From: Nemertoderma westbladi
Lineage: Eukaryota; Animalia; Xenacoelomorpha
Length of the DNA stretch: 64,000 nucleotides
Assembly: GCA_032718475.1 (NCBI GenBank)
Contig: JAUCBJ010002320.1
Coordinates: forward strand, 1-64,000
Direction: 5' to 3'
Shown: positions 34,601 through 47,540 of the stretch, piece after piece
Numbering within the stretch: the stretch's first letter is position 1
How the letters are laid out: each line of letters opens with the position of its first letter
Translations under genes and position numbers: made by a program
Notes under the pieces: model-generated
Databases searched by the model: none
What the model was told of the DNA's origin: nothing
What the model saw: the letters and a program-made list of their open reading frames with translations, nothing else

Positions 34601-35273
34601 TTCCACCCAAATTATATCTGAATTGCGCAATATATTTGCTATAATTGGCATCCCGTGCATAATATTCAGCGACAATGGGCCACAATTTGTATCCAATGAG
34701 ATTGAAGATGTCTTTAGTAATAACGGAATAACTCATTGGACTTCAGCACCTTACAGCCCTACTTCCAATGGAGCAGCCGAACGTGCTGTTCAAGCCTTCA
34801 AGAAATCATTATCAGCGCAAGGAATAGATTCTGAATTCACTATTCACCATATTAGAGTGTTATTTCGACACAAAGTTAAAACACGACTCGATCGAAATTT
34901 AAATTACCCAATACACCATTCAGACAAAAATATAAATGGGAAATTCATGATCAATGAAGCTATTTGGATTAAGAACTACCATAGACATGGAAGAGGCCAA
35001 TTCTTATCGAAATGGCTTCCGGGGAAAGTCATTGCTTCTGAAGGTTCTCGCATATATAAGATACAAGTGGGAGACATTATAGTTCGTAGAAATGTAAATC
35101 AAATGTGTAGACGAGACAACCCCTGGGTGAAATATGAAGAAAGTATACCAAAAGGAGAGTCATACAGGGGAGATATTACTAATGTGATACAAGATATTGT
35201 TTCACCACCAAGATTACTATCTAAAGATACCAGCGAGAATGGTAGTAATCCAATATCTGGAAATGAACCGTAA
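31640..35273 (+). mobile_element. Degenerate Ty3/Gypsy (Mag-like) LTR retrotransposon body, 5'-truncated
   Basis: Two CCHC knuckles (CYRCGISGH..C; CRFCHIRGH..C), protease DPGA, RT WATPLVIVPKPDG..ICGDYK and YMDE, RNase H TDAS, integrase SDNGPQF / SNGAAER; many stops and frameshifts. Confidence 0.9.
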
Positions 35274-36681
35274 ATATTTTACGATACCCTATAATACAAC
35301 ATAATGCAAAATAAAACAAACGTAGTTAATCTATTTTATATTAGTTCATTATCAAAAGATTAGTAGCATGAGATATAGATACTGTATAAAAAGTTGGAGT
35401 TTACAGTATACAATATAGAGTAATTCATTCATTCAGTTTTAGGTGATCATGGTTTTAGGTGGTTATCATTAAAGTAAAGGACGAAAATAACTACTTGATT
35501 TTTATTCCGCAATAAACTCTCGCCTATTACATTGGTGACCATGACGCAAGATAGTTTTCACAAATTTTCCAGAATGATAATGGCTAACCATCTACGACCA
35601 ATCTCTATACAGCAACCCTCTATCTGGTTTAAGCAACTGGTAGCCTATTTCAACCTCGAAAAAGTCAATGACGATGCACAAGTAAATCTACTGCTCACCC
35701 CACTACCAACAGAACAGGCTGCATTAATTGCAATGTCGGATATTAAAGCCTACCCAAATGCAAAAGAACTCTTAAAAACTCATTGGGAGGGAGTCAATAT
35801 GATCTCATTCGCCGAGCAATAGCTATGTTCTCAATTAACAAGGGTGAATGCCCTTCTCAGGCCGTTCATCGCCTCAAGTTACTTGTAAATGCTGCATCGA
35901 TGCCCGAAAAAAGTGAGCAAGAACTTATTGCGCAAGTAATAGAGGCCATGCCCACTAAAGCTGCTAAGTCGGCGTTGGCTACACAAGCTCAGAGCTCCTT
36001 GGATGACTCCTTGGAAGATAGTGGACACAGTGGTGGCAGCCACTAATGTTCCAACACCAGTATTTTATGTGGGTGCAGCAACAGGTTGATTTTCCACACC
36101 CATCATGTGGTCATTCTCCCCAGTGCCGAGATGTCCCAAAATATTATCAATCATACAAAAGTGACTATACAGGTAAAAATCGTCCCCATGCCAATAGGGG
36201 GGCGCTATAATCCATTCTATAATGAATATTCTGATGATTCAAGTTATCCTCGCAGTTATCAACGCACCTTGACACCCTTTTCCCGCAATCAACGACCCAA
36301 GATCTGCCATTCACACATATTTTAGATTAGCGAAAAACTGCACAACATGGTGTCTCAAAACCCAAACTCGGAAGGACATCGCCCATATATCTGCTCATGT
36401 GAAGCATCCCGCAAAAATTCCCGGGATAACACTCCTGAAAACCAGGGAAACTAACGGCTCCCCCTGTTGCGGCAATAACAACAGAGGGAGCATTTAACAA
36501 ATCACCAACAATTAAAGCAAAAATCGATGGCAAGGTCGTCCGTTTGCTAATCGATACTGGCGCTGGTGCAAGTCTGTTGCCACCCAAATTCGTAAAATCT
36601 CACTTCATTGAAACCACATTTGACAAACTCTGCTGCTGACGGACATGCCATTCAAATGTTTGGGAGATCCTATTGTAAACT

Positions 36682-39600
36682 ACACGACACGATGACACAC
36701 CATGTAATCTGAACCGAACTAAACTAAACCTATTGGAAATACTACTTTTTGACTTTAAATTAGCCTACAACAGACTATCGAGACTCGGCGAGTTGTGTTT
36801 AAATAGAGCTTAAATAGACAATATTGATAAATGCTTTTGTTACATTGATGGTGTAGAAGAAAATGATGATAGTTTTATGCGTCTTAGTGTTTCAACAGTT
36901 CCAACTTACGCAACCAACCATTACTCTGATGGACCCTACTGTCTCCGCGAAGCTCAGATGCAAGATACATAATGTGCAGTCGCTTACTCCTCCCGTTGCC
37001 TTTTCGGTGAAAGAGGATGTCATTAGGCGGATGATCGATATCGTATTTCTTGTGGAAGTTTTTGATAATCTCGAGAATCTTGCGCTAGCGACGCCCAATA
37101 ATTATAAAAGCGACTGCTGCTTGCGGGAAGGATGGAATGGAGGAGGAATAGCCTATATAGTGAATAAATCAAGCTGCATGAGATTAAGATAAAGACAAGT
37201 GATGAATTTGAAATGGTCTGCCTGACATCAAAGAAGGACCTGTTTATGGTAGTTTACCGTCCACCATCCTCAAAAAAGTTCATAAAATCTGTATCTAAAT
37301 TTACAACTGAATTAGATGGTATAATTGGAGATTTAGCGACTAAGTTTGATTCCATAACATTGTTAGGCGATGTAAATGTTTGGATGGAAACGGAATGCCC
37401 TTTTCGTTTCATGATGGAATCGCATGGTTTTGCCCTGGCAAATACAGGATCAACCCATTCAGCTGGACACAGCCTTGATGTCATTGCATCTCTTGGTTCA
37501 AATGTTAGCAATATTGAAGTGGGGCCGATTAATTTAAAACTCAGTGATCATGCTCCTTTGTGCTTTGACTACAGCGGAGTAAATCTACTAAAATCCATGA
37601 GTGAACAATGTTCGTATAGATCATGGAGCAAGTTTAATGAAGAAGCATTTAAAGATGATATAATTGACAATAATCTTGATAAAACAAACATAAATGTTAG
37701 TTTTGAGAGTTGGCTTCAGAAGCTTGGTGATCTATTTAATAAACATGTTCCATTAATCGTAAAACTTGTTCCAGTGAATCTAAAACATTCCACCATTAGA
37801 GATGAGGATCGTGATAACATCCAGCAATTACGTCGCTACAAACGCCGGCTTGAATTGCTTTATAAGAAGAAAAAGACAGAACTCAATAAAGCTAAACTCA
37901 TTGCAGCGTCAATGGAGTTGATAAAAGCACTTCGGGAATCTACTTCTCTGTATTACCAGGAATTTATACATGACAATGCGGGAAATTCGGGTGCTTTGTG
38001 GAAACAGTATAAAAAGTTATTGGGTAAATCGTATAAACGGATTTTGCCACAAAGTCTTGGTGATCCTGCACAGCTTGCAAGATTATTCTCAGATTTTTTT
38101 AAAGATAAAGTATCTACTATTGTATCCAGTTTCTCCGCTTGGGACTGTAATAGACTGTTGCCTAAGCGGTATGATGTTGAGTTTACAAAGTTTGAATATA
38201 TGACTGAATTAGAGGTGATGAAAATAATAAAAACAATGTCGAACGCATCATGTGAGTTAGATTGTATGCAAACAAAACTATTTAAGAAGGTTGCCCCAGA
38301 TATTATTGAACCACTAACTGTCTACATTAATAGTGTACTTGCTAATGGCATATTTCCCGAGTTTCTCAAAACTGCCCTTGTAACACCAATGTTAAAGAAA
38401 CCGGGAATGGATGCAGAGGTCATGAAAAGCTACAGACCAGTTAGTAACCTAATGTTTATCGGGAAGCTTATAGAAACAATAGTTTTGAAACAATGTATCT
38501 CACAGTTTAACTTTCATTCTGCTCAGTCAGGATATCGGGCCAACCACTCAACAGAAACCACTAATGTGTTCATTCACAATGAATTGATAAAGGCGATGGG
38601 CATCCAAAAAGTAACTTTAGTTGCATATTTGGATCTCTCTGCGGCATTTCATGGACATTCCACAGTACATCATGGAAATCTAAAGTACAAATTAAACCGC
38701 ATGTTTGGTTTCAACAGTACTGCATTAAATTTCTTTGATATGTATCTTAGCAACCGTTATCAACAGGTTTTGATCAATGGGGTAAGATCTGAAACAACAT
38801 TACTTTTGACAGGAGTCCCACAGGGTAGTGTCTTGGGCCCTGTGTTATATAATGCTTATATGACTGACCTGTTTTGTATGCTAGATGATAGAGATGCTCT
38901 GTTTGCCAACTACGCTGACGACACGCAATTGTTTCTATCAGGCATGGCTCAGGCTGTTGGTGATATAAAGAAACGCTTCGTAAAATTATTCGATTGTGTT
39001 GCACTATCGATGATGAATAACCAATTGCAATTAAATGCAGATAAAACGGAAGTATTACTGGTTGGATCATTGCAACAGACAAACAAAATCCACATTTCTG
39101 AAAAACGCATCTGCTTTGGTGGCGAGACAATAGCATTCTCTGAATACGTGAAATGTCTGGGAGTAGTATGGGATGGGCAGTTAAAATTAAAAAAGCATAT
39201 TATAACGACAGCATCAAAGACAAAATATTATCTACGATCTCTATACCGAATCAAGAAATATCTAACACGCACATCTGTCGAAACATTGGTTAATGCGTTT
39301 ATTACATTGCGTTTGGAATATTCAAATTCAATTCTCGGATCTTGCTCCAATTCCATTATCAGACGTTTACAGACTGTACAGAACAGCGCAGCTAGACTAG
39401 TTACAAACTCCCCTCGTTATGATATAGCAACAGATGGACATTATATATACCATTCTGCCACTGCTATGTTACGGGAGCTACATTGGCTACCAGTTGCAAA
39501 GAGGATCTGTTATAAACAGATTCTGTTATGCTATAAATGTTTGAATGGCACTGGTCCAGAATACTTAAAGAGTCAGTTAACGAAAGTTGAACCAGTGCGC

Positions 39601-39924
39601 CGATTGCGGTCTGGGACAGCGGCCTGCATTCAGGTGCCTCGTGTATCCTCAGCATTGGCACAGTGTGCTTTCTACCGTGCTGCCCCAGATTCATGGAACA
39701 GGCTTCCTGTTGCGATTAGGCCGCACAAAGGCCTGGAACTGGGCGATTTTAAATCAAAACTAAAGACGTATTTATTCAATAAATAAGTTCCAGTACTATT
39801 ATAGTTGTGCAGTAGTAGTAGTAGTTGTAATAGCGTTTAGTTCGGTTAGCTGCAGGCGCCCTGATAGGATCATAAGATCTCTAAGGGCGCCTGCATTAAC
39901 AAATATAAGTGCTATTATTATTAT
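36682..39924 (+). mobile_element. L2/CR1-group LINE inserted into the Gypsy protease
   Basis: TAAACT duplicated at 36676-36681 and 39925-39930; the Gypsy frame FGRSYCKL|QIKNLR resumes across it; 3' 12-bp stem-loop at 39851-39895 and (TAT)n tail. Confidence 0.92.
36863..39786 (+). CDS. LINE ORF2: APE endonuclease plus reverse transcriptase, one frameshift near 37190
   Basis: HNVQSL, GGGIAYIV, VYRPP, GDVN, LDVI, SDH (APE); GVPQGSVLGP, YADDTQL (RT); LHWLPV...FKSKLKTYLF C-terminus typical of L2. Confidence 0.92.
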
Positions 39925-40682
39925 TAAACTCCAGATTAAGAATCTTCGCTGTGAGTTCCTTCACAAGTTCATTGTAGCTGATATTGTTTATCCCATATTA
40001 GAAGCAGACTTTCTTGGAGCAAATCAACTATTAGTAAACTGCAACCAATCTATACCTGTGCTACAAGATAGCTCAACAGGTTTGGTAGCTACTTTACAGT
40101 TACACTTCGCTGCATGCAATACTCAAATTATAAAACTCCTACCTAATTTACCCAAACCATTCAAAGAAACATTGGCTCCATTTCGCCATCTTTTTGAGCC
40201 ACTAGATTACATTAACACACCAACTTGACACCATTGAGTTTACAATTGAAACTGATGGATTGCCAATTCATAGTAAACCCCGTCGATTAGCTCCAGACAA
40301 ATATGCAACAGCTAAAAAATATTTTGACGAAATGCTATTTCTTGGTATAGTACACCCTTCGAACTCAGAATGGTCTTCCTCCTTACACATGGTAACAAAG
40401 AAAGATCAATCATTTCGCCCATGTGGCGACTACCATCGTATAAACTCAATAACAAAGAAGGATGCCTATCCTACCTACCCCTGATATTAGAGATGCTAAT
40501 GCATTTCTTCATGGTTGTACCGTGTTTAGTAAAATTGATTTGGTGAAAGCATACCTGTGAAGGAAACTGACATTCCTAAACTAAAACAGCAATTACTACG
40601 CCATTTGGTTTGTTCGAGTACATTAGAATGTGCAAGAGAAGCAAGTGTCAAAATTAGAAAAGATAAAAACATAATATCACAA

Positions 40683-40725
40683 TCACAACACGTTTCAAAT
40701 TTATTAAATTTGTCATCAGGTGAGA
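40683..40725 (-). ncRNA. Minimal type-I hammerhead ribozyme motif (Penelope-type), left arm
   Basis: Minus strand UCAC-CUGAUGA-C-AAAUUU(AAU)AAAUUU-GAAAC-GU-GUU-GUGA: core CUGANGA/GAAA, stem II and stem I UCAC/GUGA. Confidence 0.65.
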
Positions 40726-41220
40726 ACAGTAAAACACAATCAGCAGTATTGTAGTACCTACGACAAGATAAACTTTAAAGTGTACAGTACAGAAAACTGC
40801 ATAATATTTCAATTTGAATGTCCCTCCCAAATAATCCCAATTTGCATAATATTTCAATCTGAATATCCCTCCCAAATAATCCCGAACCTTCCATCATTGT
40901 CTACAACTCTGGTGACCCGTGGGTACCAGAGTTGTAGAGAGACTCCTAGCTCCATTTGCTTATTAAGCAGAGGAGTAGTTGCATCCCTAATCTTAAGCAA
41001 ATGGAGCTAGGAGTCTCTCTACAACTCTGGTACCCAGAGTTGTAGACAATGATTGAAGGTTTCGGATTATTTGGGAGGGATATTCAAATTGAAATATTAT
41101 ACAAATTGGGATTATTTGGGAGGGACATTCAAATTGAAATATTATGCAGTTTTCTGTACTGTACACTTTAAAGTTTATCTTGTCGTAGGTACTACAATAC
41201 TGCTGATTGTGTTTTACTGT

Positions 41221-41263
41221 TCTCACCTGATGACAAATTTAATAAATTCGAAATGCGTTGTGA
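41221..41263 (+). ncRNA. Minimal type-I hammerhead ribozyme motif (Penelope-type), right arm
   Basis: UCAC-CUGAUGA-C-AAAUUU(AAU)AAAUUC-GAAAU-GC-GUU-GUGA. Confidence 0.6.
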
Positions 41264-43844
41264 TTGTGATATTATGTTTATACATTAGAATGTCCTTTGG
41301 TATGAACAATGCGGCTCCCCATTTCAATTGACATGTACATAAAGTGCTTCATGGATTGAAACCAACTAATTTCAGTTTCTTCAATGATATCATGTGTGGT
41401 TTGAAAGATATAAATTCTCACAAACATGATCATACCGAATTATTCTATCGTTTATCTTTGCACGGTCTTCACATAAACCCAGTAAATTGCATTTTTGGAG
41501 TTTCGGAACTAGATTTTCTAGGGTTTCATGTGAAATCCGAAGGTATCACTGCTTCACCCAATAAGATTAATGAACTGAGCAACCTGGCAATTCCTATCTC
41601 TTAGAAAGAGCTTCGAAGTCGACTGGGTGCAATTAACTTTTACCACTGATTTTTACCCAATGCTGCAGAGTTTCTGTCACCACTTCAAGAGCTGCTCAGA
41701 GAAACTCAACCGCAACGAGGAATTACACCTCCCTTTAACTGGTCTCCCACACATCAAACTGCATATGATGCAATAATTAGTTTACTGCAGTCTCAAGTTC
41801 TTCTTGTTCATCCGCCACCTGATACTACCGAACTCTCGCTTATACTGTAGCAGATGCGTCTGATCTTGTGATGGGAGCAGTTCTGGAGGTTAACGGCCGA
41901 CCATTAGGATTTTTCTCCCATCGATTTTCAACAAATGACTCACTTCATTCAGCATTTGAACGCGAACAAACTGTTGGCCATGTCGAGTGCTGTACTGCAT
42001 TTTCCCACTTATATAGAGTCCCTACATACAGTAGCTTTTACAGACCATAAACCACTGGTCGCTGTGTTTATAAAAAAATGTGATGCCTAATCACATTGGC
42101 AAGCCCGTCGACTTGCGACTATTGCAGAATATATTGATGAAATAAGATATATTCCTGGTAAGAATACCATCATAGCTGATGCTTTGTCCCTACCTTCAGT
42201 TAACAATGCCCAAAATCCAGATATAATGACTAGATATCCAAGTAAGGATAGTGATCACTCGCTTCCAACCATCTGTAGTGTATCTGTAACTGTCTGTGAT
42301 CTACCAGGTATCCAAAAAGCGCAGGATCAGGATACAGATCTCCCAGAAACTCTCACTAAGTTGCCATTTGGAGATGTGATACATAGTGATGTGATACATG
42401 TGATACAAACTCAGTATTTCCTCGACCATAAATCCCTGATCAACTCCGTATTCCTATGTTTAATCAAATACATAACGTATCACACCCAGGTCAATCAGCA
42501 ACACAATGTTTGATACTAGCCAGGTATTTTTGGCCAAAGGCTAAAAAATATATTCAGGAATGGGTGAAACAGTGCCCCAACAGTCAACAGGCTAAAGTTA
42601 TCCATCACATCCACCGACCGAACTTTCCTATGCTTGTAGTCACAGAACGTTTCGACATAGTACACATGGACATTGTGGGTCCACTTCCTGTAGTTGAAGA
42701 ATACCGCTATGTGGTTACTGCTATAGATCGGTTTTCTAGTTGGCCCATGGCCACTCCAATAAAGGACATAACTGCACAGACGCAGACGGTAGCAAAGGCC
42801 CTCATAGATGATATAGGATATCTCTATTTAGTGTTCCATTACATATCATTTCGGATCATGGATCACAATTTATGTCTAAACTAATATCAAATATCGCCAA
42901 CAATCTAGGATTTACTCATTTACCAACCATGACCTATCACTCACAAACCAATGGGAAGGTAGAAAGAATGCACCATTGATTCAAAGAGGCCATAATAGCA
43001 CATCAGACAGACTGGTTGTCGTCTCTTTCGGCCATATTATGGACTCCGCGCTTATCTTATGGACTCTCCATTTTCACTAATAACGGGTGAGGAACCACGA
43101 TTTCCTTATAAACCACTGACTTAGACATTGATGAACTCTGCTGCTATTTCTGAGAATGTGCATATATATTTTGACCCAGCAAACCACATTCACCACCAGA
43201 ATCAACCCATTCTGTCTACAAACATTAAATCTTTCCTCCCTGCTGACACACAACATGTTTGGGTATGCATAGACAGGGTAAGACGTCCTCTTGAGGCGCC
43301 ATATACTGTCCCCTACCGAGTAGTCAAAGACAATGGAGCCATGGTGATCATAGACAAGCATGGCAAACATGATACTGTAAGTGTGTCTCGGCTGAAACCG
43401 TATTTTGCAAAGTCTGCCACACCTTCTGCCCCAGTCATCTCTACAGAACCTTATCGTCCTCGCGATAAGATTACTCCAGCTACCTCGACATCCGACAACA
43501 ACAACAACCCTACATCGGCAACAGAAACGCCCCCAATCCCGGCCCCCAGAACAAGTTAAATCTCGCTCAGGGCGAGTGGTGATTTCTACTAAGGACAATA
43601 AGTACCATTATTATTAATTTACATTATATTTATATTATATAGTTTCATGTTTAGATATTTTTTTTGAATGTGTACAAACTATTTGCAGTAGTTCATTTTC
43701 TCAAACTCATATGTCAGACATTCCTTTCATTTTAAGGTAGGGATGCTCTGCATCTTAAGGGGGGGCTGTGTGGTGGTATTCGCTTCAGGTGGTCGGCGCA
43801 GATAGTGTGGTCTATCAGCTCATGTATCGCTATCACTCACGTAT

Positions 43845-44828
43845 GTTCAGCATACTTTAATTATATGGGATTCCTGATGAAATTGTTGCAGCAATCAGAT
43901 TAGTATACGATGGTTTGACAACATTTGTGTCTACTGTTGATGGTGACACAGAACCATGCGAAGTGTTATGGGGTAGTCCTCCAGTGAGACACACTTGCGC
44001 CTTTCTTGTTCATAATTGTGGTTGACTATGTTCTACACATGTCCTTAAATCATCATAATTATGATGGTGATGGGGTGATGGTAACTCCACCTACTGGCTC
44101 CAGAAGTCGAAGAAATTCTGCCAAGTACCTAACTTGTCTAGATTTTGATGATGACTTAGGAGTACTCTCAGAACAGGCTCATTAGAACAGGCTGCTTAAA
44201 GTGTTGGTCCTTTTGGTAACACCTAAAAGACCATAATTAAAAGACCTCAGCAAATCTGTGATCGGATGAGCATAGGTCAAAGGATGGTATGCATGAATGA
44301 GCATGTGCTGTGCACGATTTCTGTTACCGGGATCATGGATCCGGATGTCAGGTAAGGAAGGACGTACGAATACGTATGGGAAAGGCATGGGCAGCATTGA
44401 ATGGGCTTTCCATGATTTGGAAGTCACACAGAATTCATCAGAAATTTAAGGTCCGATTACTTAGAGCAGCAGTAGTTCCAGTACTCTTCTATGGGAGTCC
44501 ATGCCTGGCTCTAACTGCTGAGGACACCAAATGTCTGGATGGCACATTCGTAAGAATGCTACGTCGGGTTTACTGTGTCAAGTACAATGCACACATCTCC
44601 AGCCAGACACTATATAGCATTGGAGGTGTCTCATTGGTTTCCCCAAGCTTGACACTAGAACAAAGCCACCTCTGCTTTGCAGGACATTGTTTTCGCCATG
44701 AGGACCAGCCTGTGTACACTGTACAGTACCTGTGTACCAAGCCTTTGTGCTTTGGACACTGGCATTGAAGATGCGGATAATCTCGTGAAAGTCATGGGGG
44801 GATCAATTAATCAATCAATCAATCAATT
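43845..44828 (+). mobile_element. 5'-truncated degenerate RTE-clade LINE
   Basis: YGIPDEIV..., DTLAPFLFIIVVDYVL, LDFDDD, DVRIRMGKAWAAL...KVRLLRAAVVPVLFYGS; (TCAA)n tail. Confidence 0.8.
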
Positions 44829-45769
44829 GAGCTCATAGATGAGCTCGTATATTTGTTTCTTTATAACATATAATATCACGAGTACAGTATACATTAGGCC
44901 TATTATTAAATTATCGTATGAACAATTATTTGCAATTTGTGAGTGTGCAGCCTATATGTGTAGTTATTTAATTAGCCAAAGAAAGCAGTAGCGTAACTAG
45001 TGTTGCTTTTTTTGGATCAAAAGAAAAAAATCAAAAAAAAAATTATGACATTCTAGTTCGATACCATCCAAAAGAGCACTCTACATCTAGCGACAGTATG
45101 TCTTGTTGATAGAAAGGGATTGCGTATAGTGAGTTGTGTTTATGGTGGTTGTACACATGCAGATAAACTCCGGTATAATTAGTTAATTTCAGTCAGGTTG
45201 TTATAACAATCGAGGTTACCGCAAACGATAATTTGGGCAAACAATGATGATGATAAATAAACAATTAAGATGATTACAGTGACTTGATTCCATTACTGGT
45301 TGTTGGTTGAATCGCGGTTAAAATGGATTGGATCAATTGTGAAGATATCGGAATTATTATTTGTTAATTACTTATTAAAATTCAATTATTATTTATTTAA
45401 ACTTTATTTTGTATTTTTTATTATTATTGTAGTGAAAGGAAATTTAATAGTGAGATTTTAAATTTTTTGGCTAATGAGTGTTTTGACTTACATTGTTTTA
45501 TTTCCATGCTTAGTGAGTTCCATATAATAGTTCCTCTGTATTTTAATGAATTTTAATGAATTTAAACTGATTTAGGTCAAGTTTACGCTTAGATTATTTG
45601 TTTGAAATTTATTAATCTATATTACTGTTTTATCAAAATTATCCCATGTCAGGGATGAATATCTCGTCACCACTTGACTTACTATGTTACCGCATTCCAA
45701 CCGTACTACAGCAGCTAAGGAACTACTTTTAAATAGTCGACTAATAAACTTTTCTCTATTTCTTTACAG

Positions 45770-45940
45770 AAAGGGCTTTATAGCTGCAACATTTGGTGGT
45801 GACATGGCTGTACTAAATAGAATATTGACTGGCCAATCAACAGAGGAAGACTTCGCGTCGGTGCCTTTATTACAAGAGCCGGAACCTGTAAAATCATTCA
45901 TGCGAGCAGCAGGTCACCAAATAGAAAAATCTGTAGCCTT
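45770..45940 (+). CDS. DEG/ENaC exon 3
   Basis: tctttacag acceptor and gtaagt donor; phase 2-2 fits exons 2 and 4; ...FMRAAGHQIEKSVA(F)C resembles the GHxxxxxxxxC segment of the family. Confidence 0.8.
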
Positions 45941-46739
45941 GTAAGTAAATTTGGAGCTGTACCGGCAGTGTGGTTGATGCCGCTAATGTTCATATTGCAT
46001 TCTTATTGCAAATTCTGTCAAAAATTTCACCAAACAAAGATAATATGTTTACATGCATATGGATTCTATTAACGACCAGAACAGCTACAGCTTCCCTGTC
46101 TGTCCCCCCATACCAAAGCGACCTTTACTAACAGGCCTTGCAGCCAAGAAAACTGCAAAATTAGCGTAGGCCTAAAAGTAATAGCGAGCAATAGAAAGAC
46201 AGTTTCTTCATTTTATCAATACGACCTTTAAAGAAATGGTAAAATATGAACCCGTCTAGCATAGGCTGGGTGCGTATTTTAATTTTTGGTGTGTTTATCT
46301 ATCTAAAAATGGCTGTATGTAAGTATGAATATAATAATGTATGTATGTTTCTATCAATGTTGTTGTTGTACTGTATGTATATATTTATGTAGTATGTATC
46401 CATCTTCAATAAATCATCAGTTTTCACACAGTTTAGAGATTTGCATAATTATAAGGGTTCTTCAGGAATAATTTAGAATAAAATACTTTCATATAAAACA
46501 GGACGAGCGCAACGAGGCTTGAAATTAAAGACGAGTACTGAGTTAACTATACTGAGCGGGTTCGTTTCTAGTATCTAATGTAATTTAAATTAAACTTATT
46601 ATATTGTAACAAATTTCACTATCTAAGAAAATTGTAGGACATGGGAAAATTATAAAATTGTAGAGAATTGTTGTCCAATGAAAATAATTGTGAATATATA
46701 TTATGAACACATATAATTATTTACTATATTTACTAATAT

Positions 46740-47540
46740 AATGAAAATATATTCCGCAACCTTAGTATAACTAATAACCCTGCAACCATAGAGTTCGCTA
46801 AATAAACTTTTCCCTCTTCTGCAGGGTGGAAATGTCTGTAATTGACTATTTACAGCTGTTGTGGAGGAACACTTTGGCAAGTTTACGAGGGGTATCAGTA
46901 ATGTTTTTTGTGGTTTCTTCCAGGTGGAATACGATGAATGCACTCGGTTGATACCGAGTGCATGGAGACCTGGCAACATCATGGTCTATGGAAGGTTACA
47001 TATCGACAACATCTATTTCTGCAAAGGTTAAGGCCGTCGAAGTAGTTTGGGAAATGAAGTCACACACACTTTCACAAAATGTGGCATTTTTTCCAGTAGA
47101 GGTTGAATGATCGAGTTTAGCAGCTTCCCAGGTTATTCAGAAAAGATCCGAGTGGTGGAAATACATAACTACTCGCTTTCAGAAGGAACTATCCATTGCC
47201 CTAATCTGTCCACGGTACCCTGTCTTTGAGGTCCTTAAATAGTGGAAATGGGTAACCAATCAGTGATGTTTAGGTACTAGATAATATTCGAGATCTGGAA
47301 TGTCCAGGGATAAATCTTTCATGATTTTAATCACTCGATATATCAAAGTACGGTCGAATCCTAATTTCCCATATGAAGAGTCGTCCTGCAGGTTCCAGTG
47401 GAACTCCGTTGTCCACATCTCATCATCTATAATGATAATATTGCCTATTTTGTCTCCCTGTATGATTGATGGCTATTGTCATAACGACTTCAAATCAGTA
47501 TTATCATATTTCCACCTGATATATAGCTTGGTATAAGTTG
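46740..47540 (-). mobile_element. Degenerate Penelope-like element reverse transcriptase remnant
   Basis: Minus-strand peptides LKSL...DKIGNIIIID...LQDDSSYGKL and IIQPLLEKMPHFV...DFI...EIDVVDMxPSIDH match the PLE RT N-terminus and motif 3. Confidence 0.6.

Larger units (their letters stand above)
40632..41280. mobile_element. 649-bp foldback insertion; probable Penelope-like inverted pseudo-LTR pair
   Basis: 13-bp TSD TACATTAGAATGT (40619-40631, 41281-41293) inside Gypsy RT (FEYIRM|SFG); inverted arms at about 40667-40962 and 40994-41279. Confidence 0.85.
35280..43845 (+). mobile_element. Second degenerate Ty3/Gypsy element, interrupted by an L2 LINE and a Penelope-like foldback
   Basis: PBS TGGTGACCATGACG at 35533 (tRNA-Trp-like); gag PSIWFKQL; slippery GGGAAAC at 36445; protease LIDTGA; RT RPCGDY; TDHKPL; HMDIVGPLP; PYRVV; PPT AAGGGGGGG then TG at 43767; outer limits approximate. 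Confidence 0.85.

Noticed and set aside
40654-41331. Duplicated protein genes (MRTVKHNQQY...) on opposite strands
   Set aside because: Mirror-image frames produced by the inverted repeat; no protein motif
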